Shown piece by piece: positions 1 through 12,482 of a DNA stretch of 64,000 bases. The DNA comes from the human T2T-CHM13v2.0 reference genome, Homo sapiens: NCBI RefSeq assembly GCF_009914755.1, contig NC_060928.1; one strand, 5' to 3'. How positions within the stretch are numbered: the first letter of the stretch is position 1; every line of letters starts with the position of its first letter. A program made the translations under genes and the position numbers. The notes beneath the pieces were generated by a model. It was given only the letters and a program-made list of their open reading frames with translations. It had not been told where the DNA came from and did not search any database.

Positions 1-260
1 AGGAGCATTATTATATATTTTGGGATATAGTACACTACTACAATTATTATTGTTTTAGTCAAACTGTTCTCCCTTTGGAGTTCTTACAAGATGGCCCCTT
101 TGACATGCTGCCATCTGTTTAAGGGTTTTGTTTTGTTTGTGCTTGCTGGTTTGGTTAGCACTCCCTTACATTCTGGCAGTTCAAGCCCTTAACAGGCCCA
201 TCCTGGATTTTCCCTATCCCAGTTCTAGATTCAGCCATTTATCCAAGGAGGCTGTTTCTT
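1..260 (-). mobile_element. Old L1 (L1MC4/5-like) 3' UTR fragment
   Basis: agcactcccttacattctggca...ttccctatcccagttctagattcagccatttatccaaggag resembles the antisense L1MC 3' end; recalled from consensus. Confidence 0.55.
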
Positions 261-1809
261 TATATAACTTGCTGTTTTACTTGTATATTTTCTATATGCT
301 AACACTGAAATGTAAATTTAATGTAATTAAAATTTCTGTTTGTTTGATTACCTGCCACACCCTCAGTGGTCAACACAATGCCTGTTGCATAGTTAGCCTT
401 CAGTAATAATGTAAACAAGTGAATGAATAAAAAGAAAACTAAGTCTCCCTATGCTTACTTCTCATAACCAAAATGTTAAAATTCTTTTTATTATTTTTTC
501 CTCAAAAACTTCCCTTAAAAAATGACCATAAAATATAGGTTATCCTGAAATTAATTTCCTCATAGGTTTTTTTATAATTATTATGTTTTTCTAAAAATGT
601 AACTATAGCTAAGATGACCCCTGGTATATTTTTAGATAAGTGTTCTTCCTCCTGCTAGTTTCATCTCATCATCATTATTCTCATCACCATCATCGTCATG
701 ACCACTATTTTCTGATAGAACCTTAAAGATTACCAAAGCAGCAGTGGAATTTTACTCAGGCTTACAAAAATGAGCTTAACAAAAGCTTTCTAAATAATTC
801 TCCATGCCTAATATGACATGATACTTTCTTGTTCTGTCTACCATAATTTTTATTGCTTTGATAAAATAAAAGAGAATAAAAAGAAGTCATTACTGAATAC
901 CTGTTTAAGTCAAATGTCCAAACCCTTTTGTTAACTTCAAAAGAAAATAGGAGAAAAACAAAAAGAGAGAAGGAAAATAAGAAACGAAGGCAGAAAAAAA
1001 TACTTGACCTTAAATTCAATGAAAGTTAAAATAACGTATACATTAACATATTAATAAAATAACAATTTGGCAGTATGACATGGTTCTAGCCTGTTAGCCT
1101 TTTCTTCAAATGATTGGGAACTATACACATTGAAAATATGTCACGGTATCACATTTATTTTTCCCTTGCTTAGGAATGCTATAAAGTCCTAACTGAATGT
1201 CTTTCAAAGTCATATCAGCCAATGAACTTTAATCTTTTTAATTATGCAACACTAAGTTTACTGTCAGAAGCAGATATAAAAAATAACTGTAAAAATTGAG
1301 AAGTCACTAAAATGAAAAGCTTATTTATCAGTGCAATTTTGTTACTCCAGCACAAATTTCCTGATTGTATCAGATGCTGTCATGCCTCAGAGGTGTTTGT
1401 TTTTAATGGTAGAGATGATATATTTGGTTGAAATTTATAAAAAGAGATAAATTACCATACCAGAAAATGCTGATTCCAAAATTGCTTTTCAATCACAATT
1501 TTCACACTCTGTACATAATCTCAGTGTGTTATAGGCCCTTAGTCATTTGTGGCTTGATTTCTTCCAGTAAATATTTGCATTGCTCATAAAATACATGAAT
1601 TTTGTCAATATTTTGGACTCAGGTGGTGCTTTGTGTTAATAAATGATTGACTAACACTAAGAGAATTGGAACTGTTTATAAAAGGTAGCTGGAATTTTTA
1701 AAATTTGGAATCATCCTACAAAAGGTAGAATTTATTTTTCACTTCCTGATTTGAAAATGGCTTAATCTCTTCCTAGCAAAATGCATTGAGTCAAAACTGA
1801 GGAGAGACT

Positions 1810-1812
<3 letters not shown>

Positions 1813-1852
<40 letters not shown>
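1813..1852. repeat. (TA)20 microsatellite
   Basis: Perfect TA run, read directly. Confidence 0.98.
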
Positions 1853-1853
<1 letters not shown>

Positions 1854-2224
1854 CTGTCTCCTCTAAATAAGAATTATTGATGTTGTTTCCTAGGAAAGCT
1901 GTTGTCCACCTGCCCCCTTACCCTGCCAGATTAACTTTAACAGGATATGAACTGAATTGATTACATCATTTCACAAATGACACGTCAGTGACTGATAGAG
2001 GTTGTGAAAAGATTTCACCAGTGTTGACATCAGATGAATCACTGTGTTGTAAAGTCGATAATAAAGAGTTTGCCCACACAGGACAGATTTTCATATATAT
2101 AAATAGCTATTTCTTTCCTTTTGCAGATATGGGTATTCTTGTTTGAGCCCCTGGCGCACTTTACACAGAGTACAGCTGTATTTCTTGTCTCCTTTCCTGA
2201 AGGATGGTAAACTGAAATTACCTG

Positions 2225-2587
2225 AGATATGGTTTTGCTGTGTCTCCACCCAAATCTCATCTTAAATTATAGTTCCCATAATCCCCACATGTCATGAGAG
2301 GGACACAGTGGAAGGTAACTGAATCATGGGGCGTGTTTTTCCCTTGCTGTTCTCGTGATAGTGAATAAGTCTCATGAGATCTGATAGTTTCATAAAGGGC
2401 AGTTCTCCTGCACTTCTCTCTTGCCTGTCGCCATGTAAGACGGGCTTTTTCTCCTCCATTGCCTTCTGTCATGATTGTGAGGCATCCCCAGCCATGTGGA
2501 ACTGTGAGTCCATTAAACCTCTTTTTCTTTATAAATTATCCCGTCTTGGGTATGTCTTTATTAGCTGCATGAGAAGAGACTAATCCA
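2225..2587 (+). mobile_element. THE1 (THE1B/C-type) MaLR solo LTR
   Basis: (a)gatatggttttgctgtgtctccacccaaatctcatctt...cattaaacctc...gactaatcca, ~363 bp; near-TSD acctg/atctg. Confidence 0.93.
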
Positions 2588-3306
2588 ATCTGTATATCAA
2601 AACAAAATTTTTAAAGTAAACATAAATAAGATATTCATTGGCATTTTAAATTATAATAATTTTAAATTTAAATAATAATTTTAAATTATTAATCGGTTTA
2701 AACTTCATTTCTGATTATTCCTGAACAGTAAAATTAACATTCTATTTGCTACAAGATTTGTTGCCATCATTTTCTTTAATACATTAACTGCTCAGTATAT
2801 TTTGTTTGCTTTTAATGATGTATTTATGCATATACATTGTGTGTGGCTGTTTAATGAAGATTTATTTTCTTATACCATATTTTTTCTTTGGTAAAATTAT
2901 TGCTAACTTAAAAATAGATTACTTATATGTACATATCTGAAACTGTTACATGTCTAATTATCCATATTGTAATGTTTTTAAAGCTAAATTAGATTAGCAG
3001 GCATTTTGAGTTATGCTTAAAGTAAAAGGTTATAACATCTGAAGTCTTCTAAGCATAGCTATGCAACAAAACAGAAGATAATTATATTCAAAAGTCACGG
3101 AGAATCATAAAATCTTACAATCTTATTGTATTAAGAATGTAGAAAGTATTAAATGTATGACTAATATTTTAAATTCTAAAAGTTAAAGGAAATTTACTAT
3201 GCAATATCATAAAAGGTGATATGAGGGGGAGAAGTCAGCATGGATATTGATGGATATCTGAAAGTAACTCAAAAATGAGAAAAACAAATTTACATTTAAA
3301 TACAAG

Positions 3307-3674
3307 TGTTATAGACTGAACCACTTTTTCCCCACTACTGTTCAATAGGATTAAATCCTACTGTTCAATGTGATGGTGTTAGGAGGTAGAGACTTTGGGA
3401 ATAATTATAATTAGATGAGGTCATAGGGAGGAGTCGTCATGAGTGGGATTAGCGTTCTTATAAAAGTCACAAGAGAGCTTGCTTCCTCTACTTTGCTTTC
3501 TGCCATGTGAAGATACAGTGAGGAAGTGTTCTGAAACCCAGGAAAGGCTCTCGCCAGAGCCTGACTATGCTGGTCCCCTGATCTCAGACTTCCAGTCTCC
3601 AGAAGAGTGAGAAATAAAACTCTTTGCTTATAAGTCACCTAGTTCATGTCATAGTAGCCAAGCTAAATAATACA
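3307..3674 (+). mobile_element. MLT1A-type MaLR solo LTR
   Basis: tgttatagactgaa...gatgaggtcatag...ctcagacttccagtctccagaagagtgagaaataaa...taataca; TG...CA ends. Confidence 0.85.
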
Positions 3675-5030
3675 ACAGATAATACCATAGGCTAGGAAGT
3701 CTGTGTCATAATGTGGTTAAAAAATTAAAAAAATACTTTTAAAATTAAAGATTTTTTTTAAAGAGTACAGACATTTTTGAGGGATACATTAGCTGACATT
3801 CATAAGTTTAAAAATGTATCACTTCTGAATTGCATGTACTGCCCTTTCCCTCTATAAAACATGAGGGGTAATGTAGGTGTTGGGCAAGAATACATAGTGA
3901 ACATTTGTCTAAACACAAATGTTCATGGGTTTCCTTCTGTATACATTATTTTCTCAGTAACTGATTAATAGTAGTTTCCTATAATTATTTTAGAATTCAA
4001 TATTATGATGTTAAAAATTATTTCATATTATAATGTAGTTTGCACTATATATGTCTCTCAATTATATTCTGAGCTTCTTGAAAAGGTAGTAAAACCATTG
4101 CGTAGAGACGACCTACTGTGTTACTTAAAACAGAGAATTCTGAGACATTTGTTAAGTATTTTCATGCATGGTGATCCTTTTGAAAAAGTCATGAAGCTCT
4201 AATCTAAGCAATGTTTCTTTCCTCAGAAAATGAATTTAAAATCAATCTAATCAATTGAAACACATAAAAAGATAGAAATAGGAAGGCAGAGGAAGTAGGC
4301 AGATATGGGTGAAAAGAATTATTGCAGAAACTTGTCATTTGATATAATTTTCAAACTTTTTAGTTACTGAATTTATTTTTTTCTGATTTTTTAACTTAAC
4401 TTATTAATACTGTGTGACTAATTTCTTACCGAGGTAAAGTAGGTAAGCACTTCTGTTCCTATATCTGACTAGCCTTTGCTGTTACGGTCTCCACTTAACT
4501 CTGGTCTGAATTCAAGTCCTTGGTAAATAGATTCTATATGAATTCCAGAAACTTAAGCTGAAAACAATCCTAGTGAAAGCAATTTTTTATTCTGCTGTGA
4601 ATGAAGTCCAGTAAGGTACACTAAAAGTTTAAACAAATATTGAGCAAGCTATTTACCGTATCTACTACAATCACTTAAGTCTCTGACTGACTGGAGCATT
4701 TATTAAAATAATGTGAGGGTTATTAATCTTTAAAAGAAAGAAATATTATTAATCTTCTTATTCTTATGTGTATTCAAAATAAAAATCTCCTCCTTCAAAA
4801 ACAGTTTGATCTGTTTGTTACAATTTCCCTTTTGAAAATATTTTACCTTCATATATTATAAATATGTAGGAATATAACATAGCTCCCATTCATGACTACA
4901 AGTCTTTCTGATGTAATGACTGTATATGATGCATACCATAAAACAAATTGGTTCCAAACAAGTATACGTCAGTTAAAAGTGGTTTTCATGTCTGGCTTCC
5001 CTTTTCAAAGCATTCAGGGTATGCTTAAAT

Positions 5031-5513
5031 CCTGTTAGATAAAAGAAAAATAGACAGTTGATAAGAAAAAAAAATCTATTTTCTCTCTACCCTCCTATAT
5101 TCTCCAGCTGTAAATTAGATTTACAAAAGATGGATTAACAATATAAAAACGTATACATTTATGTAATATGTTTTACATGACATTGGAGCTTTCATAAGGA
5201 AATGAAGACACATGAAGAGGTGATTAAACTAAATGTGTTTATACTGGGTTTAATGACGAGTGGAAAGCCATAGAAAAATGTGATAGGACAAAAGGTATGA
5301 GCTAAAGGTAGTAAACTAGAGGAAACTTAGCAAGGCCTGTTTGTTCAGATTCCTTTTTACATCCTTCTGTCTTTGGAGATAAAGCTACCTGCTTCAGGGG
5401 CAAAGGAGAAAGTCAGAGAGTCCTTCTCACACCTGTTCTTTAAAGTATTTCAATCTAAACTATTCAATATGCCACAGCACCACATTTTAGGTAGTGTGTT
5501 CTGAACCTCATGA
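5031..5513 (-). mobile_element. ERV1 LTR, MER34/MER4-group-like
   Basis: Ends with attcaatatgccacagcaccacattttaggtagtgtgttctgaacctc, the typical antisense 5' end of MER34-group LTRs. Confidence 0.6.
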
Positions 5514-8166
5514 GACTCAAGAAAACCTATGGAAATAAAAAAATTAAAAATTAAATTGTCACAAAAGTCATAATTACATAAGTTGGAAAAATTACTGTGA
5601 AATGGAAATGTTAAAATCATAACTGAATTTAAAATCAAATTTTATACCAAAACAAAAAACAATGCCAAAGTTAAAAAAGTTAAAACATATATTAGATGGA
5701 CATAACCCAAGTATTAAAAAGTATTTAATTAGGGAAGAATCTATCATAATATCAGAAAGACATTTTCCTGGTCACTGATGATGCTAAAAATGGAAAATAT
5801 GGGACTAAGCTGCCCATTAAAAACAACACATTTTGGACGCAAAAACATATTTTTAAAAATATAAAAATCTACAAGAGGATCATCTCTGCATAAGGTTATG
5901 CATGTGACAAAATGTGCTTTTAAGTTCTCATTGATATACTTAAGCTAAATAGATGACAAAGTGCTCTGTTGACAGTCTTCTTACAAAATAGCTTTTATTC
6001 TCAAACACCTCAGCAGGAAACGTTTAAATCAAAGAAAATGATTCACTTACCTGAAGTAGAGTTGTATAGCAAGCACATGTAACGGAGAGGAGTTGATAAA
6101 ATTGTAGTAAGTCTGAAATTTCTTAGCAGGGAATCTGTTGTTGTCCATATTAACAAGAAATAGTGAAGGGGAAACTGAAAGGAGCCAAGGCTTCAATCAG
6201 GAAGGAATCTTTAAATGACAATCTCAGGCCTCAAAGCCTAGTGTCTTGTGCTTCATGACATGTACAGACAATTGTCATCAAAGCGTTCCTTTGGGATCAT
6301 TTTATATCCACTTATATAACAATACACATTCTCACATTTTAGGGATGACATATTTAAAACATATGATAGAGAGAAAAAGCATGTGGAACATTTATTTACT
6401 TAACGTATATTTACTATGGTATTTAACCACACAAAATTTTTATGAGTGAAAATCAAAAGACACAAATTTATGTGGAAGAATGCAGCCCCTCCAGATGAGG
6501 CTAAAGTAGATGATCCTGCATGTTTATTTGATTTTATGGGGTAAAAACTTTTAAAAATGGGAAAAGAGGGTGAATATGCTGCAGGGAATATGAAGTCATC
6601 AGTCTCAAAATTTCTCCTTTGATGTAAAATCCCTTTAAAATATACGAACAGGAAATTATTTGAAACCTTTCGCCAGGCCTACCACACTAACAAATACTAC
6701 ATAAACTAAAATAGGAAACATACATTCTGTTTACATTTTGCCGGGTGAGTCACCACGAGCTTTCCATTCACAAACATATTTAATACTTCTGACACCCCAG
6801 TAAAGAAATTGGATGTTTCCTCCTGTCTGCTGATGCATAGTTGAGGGGGAAAAGGGGTTAATCGCCCACAGACACACCAATTATTAAGTGACAGAGCCTG
6901 GATTTTGGATCCTTGCCCTCTTGTCATGTGGGTCATGCTCTTATTCATTGCACCTTTCTCTGGAATGTTGATAATTTGTCACGATCTTTAGCATCATTAT
7001 CCACATGGGGTAGAAAAAGACTAAAATTGACATTTATTTTTAATTTTGGGGGGAATATGTGTGGCACTGTTTTTAAATCATGCCTGAATTGTACTTTCGA
7101 ATTTCATAGTATAACTTAATTTTTTAAATTTGTAACAAGATACTATACAGAAATATGGAATTATTTTCTTCCATACATTTTATAAAAGGTAAAATGTAAA
7201 AAGATATTAGAAATTAAATGCGTGATGTGAGGGGGACTTATAATTGATATTTAATAGTCAATATCCCCCAGAAAAAGATAAATATGAAGTAATATATGCA
7301 GGGACATTATAAATGAACCAAAAAAGCAAACAAAAAATCAATCCTTAAGATTCTTTTCAATGAAATCCTGAGGGGTTTTTAAATTATAGAATCAGAATCT
7401 CTGAAGGGGAAGTAGGTATTCTGCAATTTAAAAAAATGAGTTCCTGTCACACTGATATATATTTTATATTGTAGTTGGGAAGCCACTGATTAAGATTGTA
7501 TATTATTAATAAGCTATTCATAGTCTATCATATTCTGGATCTAGCACCAAACAATGAGCACGCAATTATTTAATTTACCCTAAGAAGTATCCCATTCTTT
7601 TAAAAGATACTGAAAGAAAAACTCAAAATAACACAAAAACATGTCTTAGAAATTTTATTCAATTGCCAACTTACCTGACTTCAGATACAAAAATGTATAT
7701 ACATTTCCACTAGAGGCGCACCAGAACTAATTCAGATTATATCATTATGCAATAAAATATAAATGGTTATATTTTATTCTATTTGTTCTTGCTTGTAATT
7801 TTTGTTCTATAATTTCTATTATGCTAATCAGAAATGATAGAACAGGGGGACAAATGTGGAAATCTATTTATTACTGATCTGCCAGATACTAATATCAAAT
7901 ATTTTCTTTGAAAAAAATTACACAGACGTATACTGAGAACACTGCTAATCTCTGTCCTCATTTTCCAATGTTTCTGAAAGATCATCGAGTATCTCCCTGA
8001 TCACACGGAAATGGGAAAGTGTTGCTTTTTCAGTATATCTATTCCATGTTGTAGAAGTTCTAAAGGTTGGAAATGTAAATTTGTTTTTTCATATTTTAAT
8101 TAGGCCTACACAAAATTAGTTTACTTTCCCTATGCATGTAATTTGTGTTTGTCTTTTTAATACTGA

Positions 8167-8474
8167 TTTATTTATTTATTTTTGAGACAGGGTCTCACCC
8201 TGTCACCCAGGCTGCAGTGCAGTGGCGAGATCATAGCTCACTGCAGCCTCTACCACCCCAGCTAAAGTGATCCTTGTGCCTCAGCCCCCTAAGTATCTGG
8301 AACTACAGATGTGAGCCACCATACCCAGATAATTATTATTTTTTCCAATTTTTTTGTAGAGACACAGTCTCCCTCTGTTGCCTAGGCTGGTGTAAAGCTC
8401 CTGAGCTCAAGTGATCCCTTCACCTTGGCCTCCCAAAGTGCTGGGATTAGAGGCGTGAGTCATTGTGCTAGGCC
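8167..8474 (-). mobile_element. AluJ
   Basis: (TTTA)n tail, gagacagggtctc, atcatagctcactgcagcctc, ctgagctcaagtgatcc (J diagnostics), ends ggcc. Confidence 0.93.
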
Positions 8475-8611
8475 TGCAATTTGGTTCTTTACTGAAAAAA
8501 GCTACATCTGCATATACTCCCTTATGCCATCTGTCATTACTTCTTTGACCTCATTTTTTTATCCAGCTTTCCCTTTACTTCCCATCACACTGAACTTTTG
8601 CATGTTCCCAC

Positions 8612-8680
8612 TGTCAGTCAAGGAAAATGATGAGACAAGTCTCAATTATTTTAGGAGATTTATTTGCCAAAGTTAAGGAT
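8612..8680 (-). mobile_element. Short MER4-group LTR terminal fragment
   Basis: gagacaagtctcaattattttaggagatttatttgccaaagttaagga matches the antisense MER4-type LTR 3' end. Confidence 0.5.
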
Positions 8681-10959
8681 ACTAATTTATCCCAAGTGCC
8701 TGGAGCAGTATCCAGTATCTAGTAGTCACTAAATTATACTTGTTTAATAAATAAACATTTGCTCTAAATTTGTTTGTTTTTCTCATTGGTTTTCCCATTC
8801 CATCAGCTACTTTTTATATCATTTTCAGAGCCCATTCCATCTGGACCATAGACTTCAGGGCCTATTCCAATTTGTGTCATGCTGGAAATTGAACACAATA
8901 ATAATAAGTGAGAATTGCACAATAATAAAAAGTGATGTGTGTATATATATACTTATGTATCCTGGCACTAGATTTCGTGCACATAGAGTATTAGTTGCTT
9001 GCTATTTTCTTACATGATTACATCAGATACATCACATTTTTTACTTTGATTCACAACGAGGACATATTAAATAAAATTTTTTTATGAAAAGCCAATATTA
9101 CATTAAAAGTTATTGCTAGAATTAGACAAAACTTTAAAAATCAAAACATTACATGCCAAATGTAATTGGTTTTCTCTATTATAGGTTTACAGGTAATTTT
9201 TGTTGTTTTTGTTTATCTCAAATTTTCCCTTTTGTCTTCTGAGGTAAATAACATTACTTCTGTAAGAAGAAGAATACAATGTTTAATTGACAATTTTGCA
9301 ACATATAATAGAGAAGCATCAGATTAACAAATCAACTATTCAGTACATCCAACTGACATCTAAGAAATACAAAATCTCCATGAAAATTCCATATTGAGGT
9401 TTACCTGCAAAGCAGATTGTGTTCTTTAAATTAAAGTTACAAATGTCATTTATAATAGGCAAATAGCACTCAGCCATCAAGAAAAAAATACCTCTTGCAG
9501 ATAAGTTCCATGTAAAATTTTGTCATTCACAAATTACTTTGTACACCCTTCACCTATATTGTGTGAATACCAAAAGATGAACTTTCCATATCAAAGATTA
9601 TATACTTTATATACAAATATTATAATTGAAAATGCTAACCTTCAAGGATAATTACATTTCTGGCATCATATTTAAATTAGAATATAAGAAAGAGGAAATT
9701 CATGGCTATAGAGCAAGCTGACCAATTCATCACAATCTTTTGAGAAATTGCCATAGGACTTACATAATAGCTTGCGTGGAGGCTTGATCCATGCATTTGT
9801 TACTGCTCTTTCCAAAGCTCAGTATTAGTCACGTTCAGAGATTTCTTTTAGACAATGAAAGTACTTTAGCAATTAACCAGCATCCTTTGACTGCAGTGAG
9901 AACATGAGCAAATAAAGTTTGCCAAGTGTGCTGATAGCTCAGTTTGGTTTATGTAACTAAATCTGAAGCTCTTTGTATAATAACGTAATCTGTGCATAGA
10001 AATATAGATAATGCATACAAATTACCTGTAGTAACATTTTTCAGAAGCTCTGTTTGTATATTATACATCACAGTGAGAAGAACTATTTGAGTTAGTTGAA
10101 ATTTATATTGTTAATATATTTAATTATTTGCTATTGAATTAGAATGTGTGCTATTAGTAAAAAACTTTTTGTATAAAATTCCAGTTTGCTTCTTCATTGA
10201 AAAACAGAAGCAAAAGAAACTATTTCCTAATAGAAGCGTGGTTTAACGTACTTTTGTATTAAAATTGTCATAGGATTCATCATACACTAGATTAAGAGGA
10301 AAAGACAATGGCAAGGTAACACTGGAGTGATTTAATGGGAGTGATACTTTAGCTCACTTTAAAAAAAACTCTTTTAAGAAAAGATGAGAGTACAAAAAAT
10401 AGGAGAATGTTTAGGATTAAAAATTGATTTGGATATCATTAGAAAAGATGTGAAGGACAAAAATTCCTGCTCTGGGAGGAAGAAATGTGTTCAAAGTATT
10501 AAAATCTATTTTCTAAAAAGACTCCTCATGTTGAGGGATGACTCTTTTACTTGTTTGGAAGTACAAGAATTTTACATAAAATGTTTATTTTGCCTCAGGT
10601 AATTTCCTCTTTATCTAGATTCTTCAACTCTAGTCAAGTAAGTTCTTAAAGCTTAATGTGATTAGACATGTAAGAGAAAAAAGAGAAGTTCAATATTGAC
10701 TTGTAGAGAAGAACACAACTCCCAACTAAAGCAGGAGCCTAAAAGTAAGATGGAAGCAAAATCAGTAAATGGTCATCCTAAAGGGCAAATCAAGGAGATT
10801 GCAGAAGCCTTGACTAGACAGTAAAATAAAGAGCAGGATGTAAACAGGAAGCTTGGAATAAATTAGAAAGCTGTCTTTGCATGTGTGAGTGTAAGTGTGT
10901 GCTGAGACAGATATGGATGTAGATTTAATGAAATAGTATAGGCTGACATCCAATTGACA

Positions 10960-11245
10960 AAGACTAATATTTTACCTATGGCGCTGGATAGATACTTAAA
11001 GTGTAGCCATGAACAAGCAGACAGGTCCCCACCCTCTTGGAGTTTACAATACAGCAGACAAGACATGCTTAAACGTAACAAATAGTCAATAACTGATTTA
11101 AAAATTATGAGAAAGAAAATTGCACAAATGTAAAATTCATGGTGATATGGGGTCATATAATGATACCTAACCTAATCTGTTGAGAAGGGTCAGAAATAGT
11201 GTTCTATGGAACTGAAATTTCATTCGAAGTCTAAATGGTGAAGAG
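10960..11245 (-). mobile_element. L2 fragment
   Basis: atgaacaagcagacaggtccccaccctcttggagtttaca...acctaacctaatct...gggtcagaaa typical of antisense L2 3' region. Confidence 0.65.
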
Positions 11246-11249
11246 AAGA

Positions 11250-11790
11250 ATCCCCAGTGTGGGAATTCTGCCAGTTGCTGACTGTGTCTATGCCAATTAT
11301 ATATCCTGGAACTAGGGAAATAAGCACAGGATGGGTTCAGGGACCTACTAAGCCCAGTATGAGATGTATTGAGATAAAATTCCACTGGTCACCTGCCTTC
11401 AGTAAGTCCCCACTCTGACTGGTGCACCACCATATATTGAGTCTCCTGGAATTAGTTTCAGTTTGGAACTAGAGTCCCTTAATTCTCAAAAGGTCTGATT
11501 ACTTCCTTTTTCCCAATGCACAATCATCCTGGTAAAAGGCCATAGGTCCCTTTGGGGAAAGCCTGAAGAAGGATTAACAGTACATGGTTTGACAGTATAG
11601 TGTGGTCCTTCTCAAAGGGACCTGGCTTTCTCTTTATTCAAGAGGTTCTGGGAGGGTGAACTGGCTGGAATTGGGAATTGATCTGGGAATTGATTGAGGG
11701 GCTGTGATGCTATGTTTTTATTATTCAAGTTAGACTTTTGTTCACATTTTTCCCAACTTCTCATTTCTTCTTATATGACTCCAAATTGTT
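11250..11790 (-). mobile_element. ERV-L (HERV-L-like) internal remnant, gag end and protease
   Basis: Minus-strand translation FPQRDLWPFTRMIVHWEKGSNQTF*ELRDSSSKLKLIPGD...VRVGTY matches HERV-L pro (PQRDLRPFTRVTVHWGKG..LLDTGS..LIPGD); upstream PLNQFPD...PEPLE* gag end; stops present and catalytic DTG lost. Confidence 0.85.
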
Positions 11791-12172
11791 ATCTGCCTCC
11801 ACTAGTCTTTTTAAAATTACCGATCCACTCTGTACTCTGTATTTTAGTCCTCTTACATGATTTCTTAGCGGCATTCCCCATGGTGAACCTCTTCTGTCTT
11901 CCTTCTTAACACATCCCATTATATTTCACCAAAACAAAAGGTATTTTAGCAAAGTCTACATTTGATTGCGAAATCCCACAGGTAATATCACTGAATAGCT
12001 TCCTATTCCCTTAAGATAAAGTCCTGAAAACACGTATTATAATGTAAAAGTCTTTTCAAGTTGGCCATCTCATCCTTCTAGGTATATTTTCATTAGTGGC
12101 TGAAAAGTATATACATACAATATGTTCTACTTTGAAATAATAAGCTAATAATAAGCTATTAAAACAACAAAG

Positions 12173-12482
12173 GTTTTTGTTTGTTTGTCTGTTTGTTTTT
12201 GAACAGAATTTCACTCTGTCTCCTGGGCTGGAGTGCAGTAGCATGCTCTCGGGTCACTGCAACCTCCACTTCCTGGTTCAAGCAATTCTCATGCCTCAGC
12301 CTCCCGAGTATCTGGGTTTACAGGCACATGCCATTATTCCCGGGTAATTTTTTGTATTTTTTAGTAGCAATGGGGTTTCACCATGTGCCCAGGCTGGTCT
12401 CGAACTCCTGAGCTTCAGGCAATCCACCCCCCTCGGCCTCCCAAAGTGCTGGGATTACAGGTGTGAGCCACTGTGCCCAGCC
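12173..12482 (-). mobile_element. Alu (old S / Jb type)
   Basis: Full dimer antisense with (TTTG)n tail, ends gccactgtgcccagcc. Confidence 0.93.

Noticed and set aside
6044-6053. Perfect minus-strand splice donor CAG|GTAAGT (another at ~7669-7677)
   Set aside because: No convincing acceptor or reading frame; one or two such 9-mers are expected by chance in 64 kb on both strands
7707-7721. CTCF-like CCACTAGAGGCGCA
   Set aside because: Lacks one G of the CCACTAGRKGGCR core; cannot be supported without PWM scoring or ChIP data
12181-12411. Alu-derived ORFs (also 8425, 17831, 51356, 51399, 52908, 55522)
   Set aside because: Standard antisense Alu translations with no evidence of exonisation
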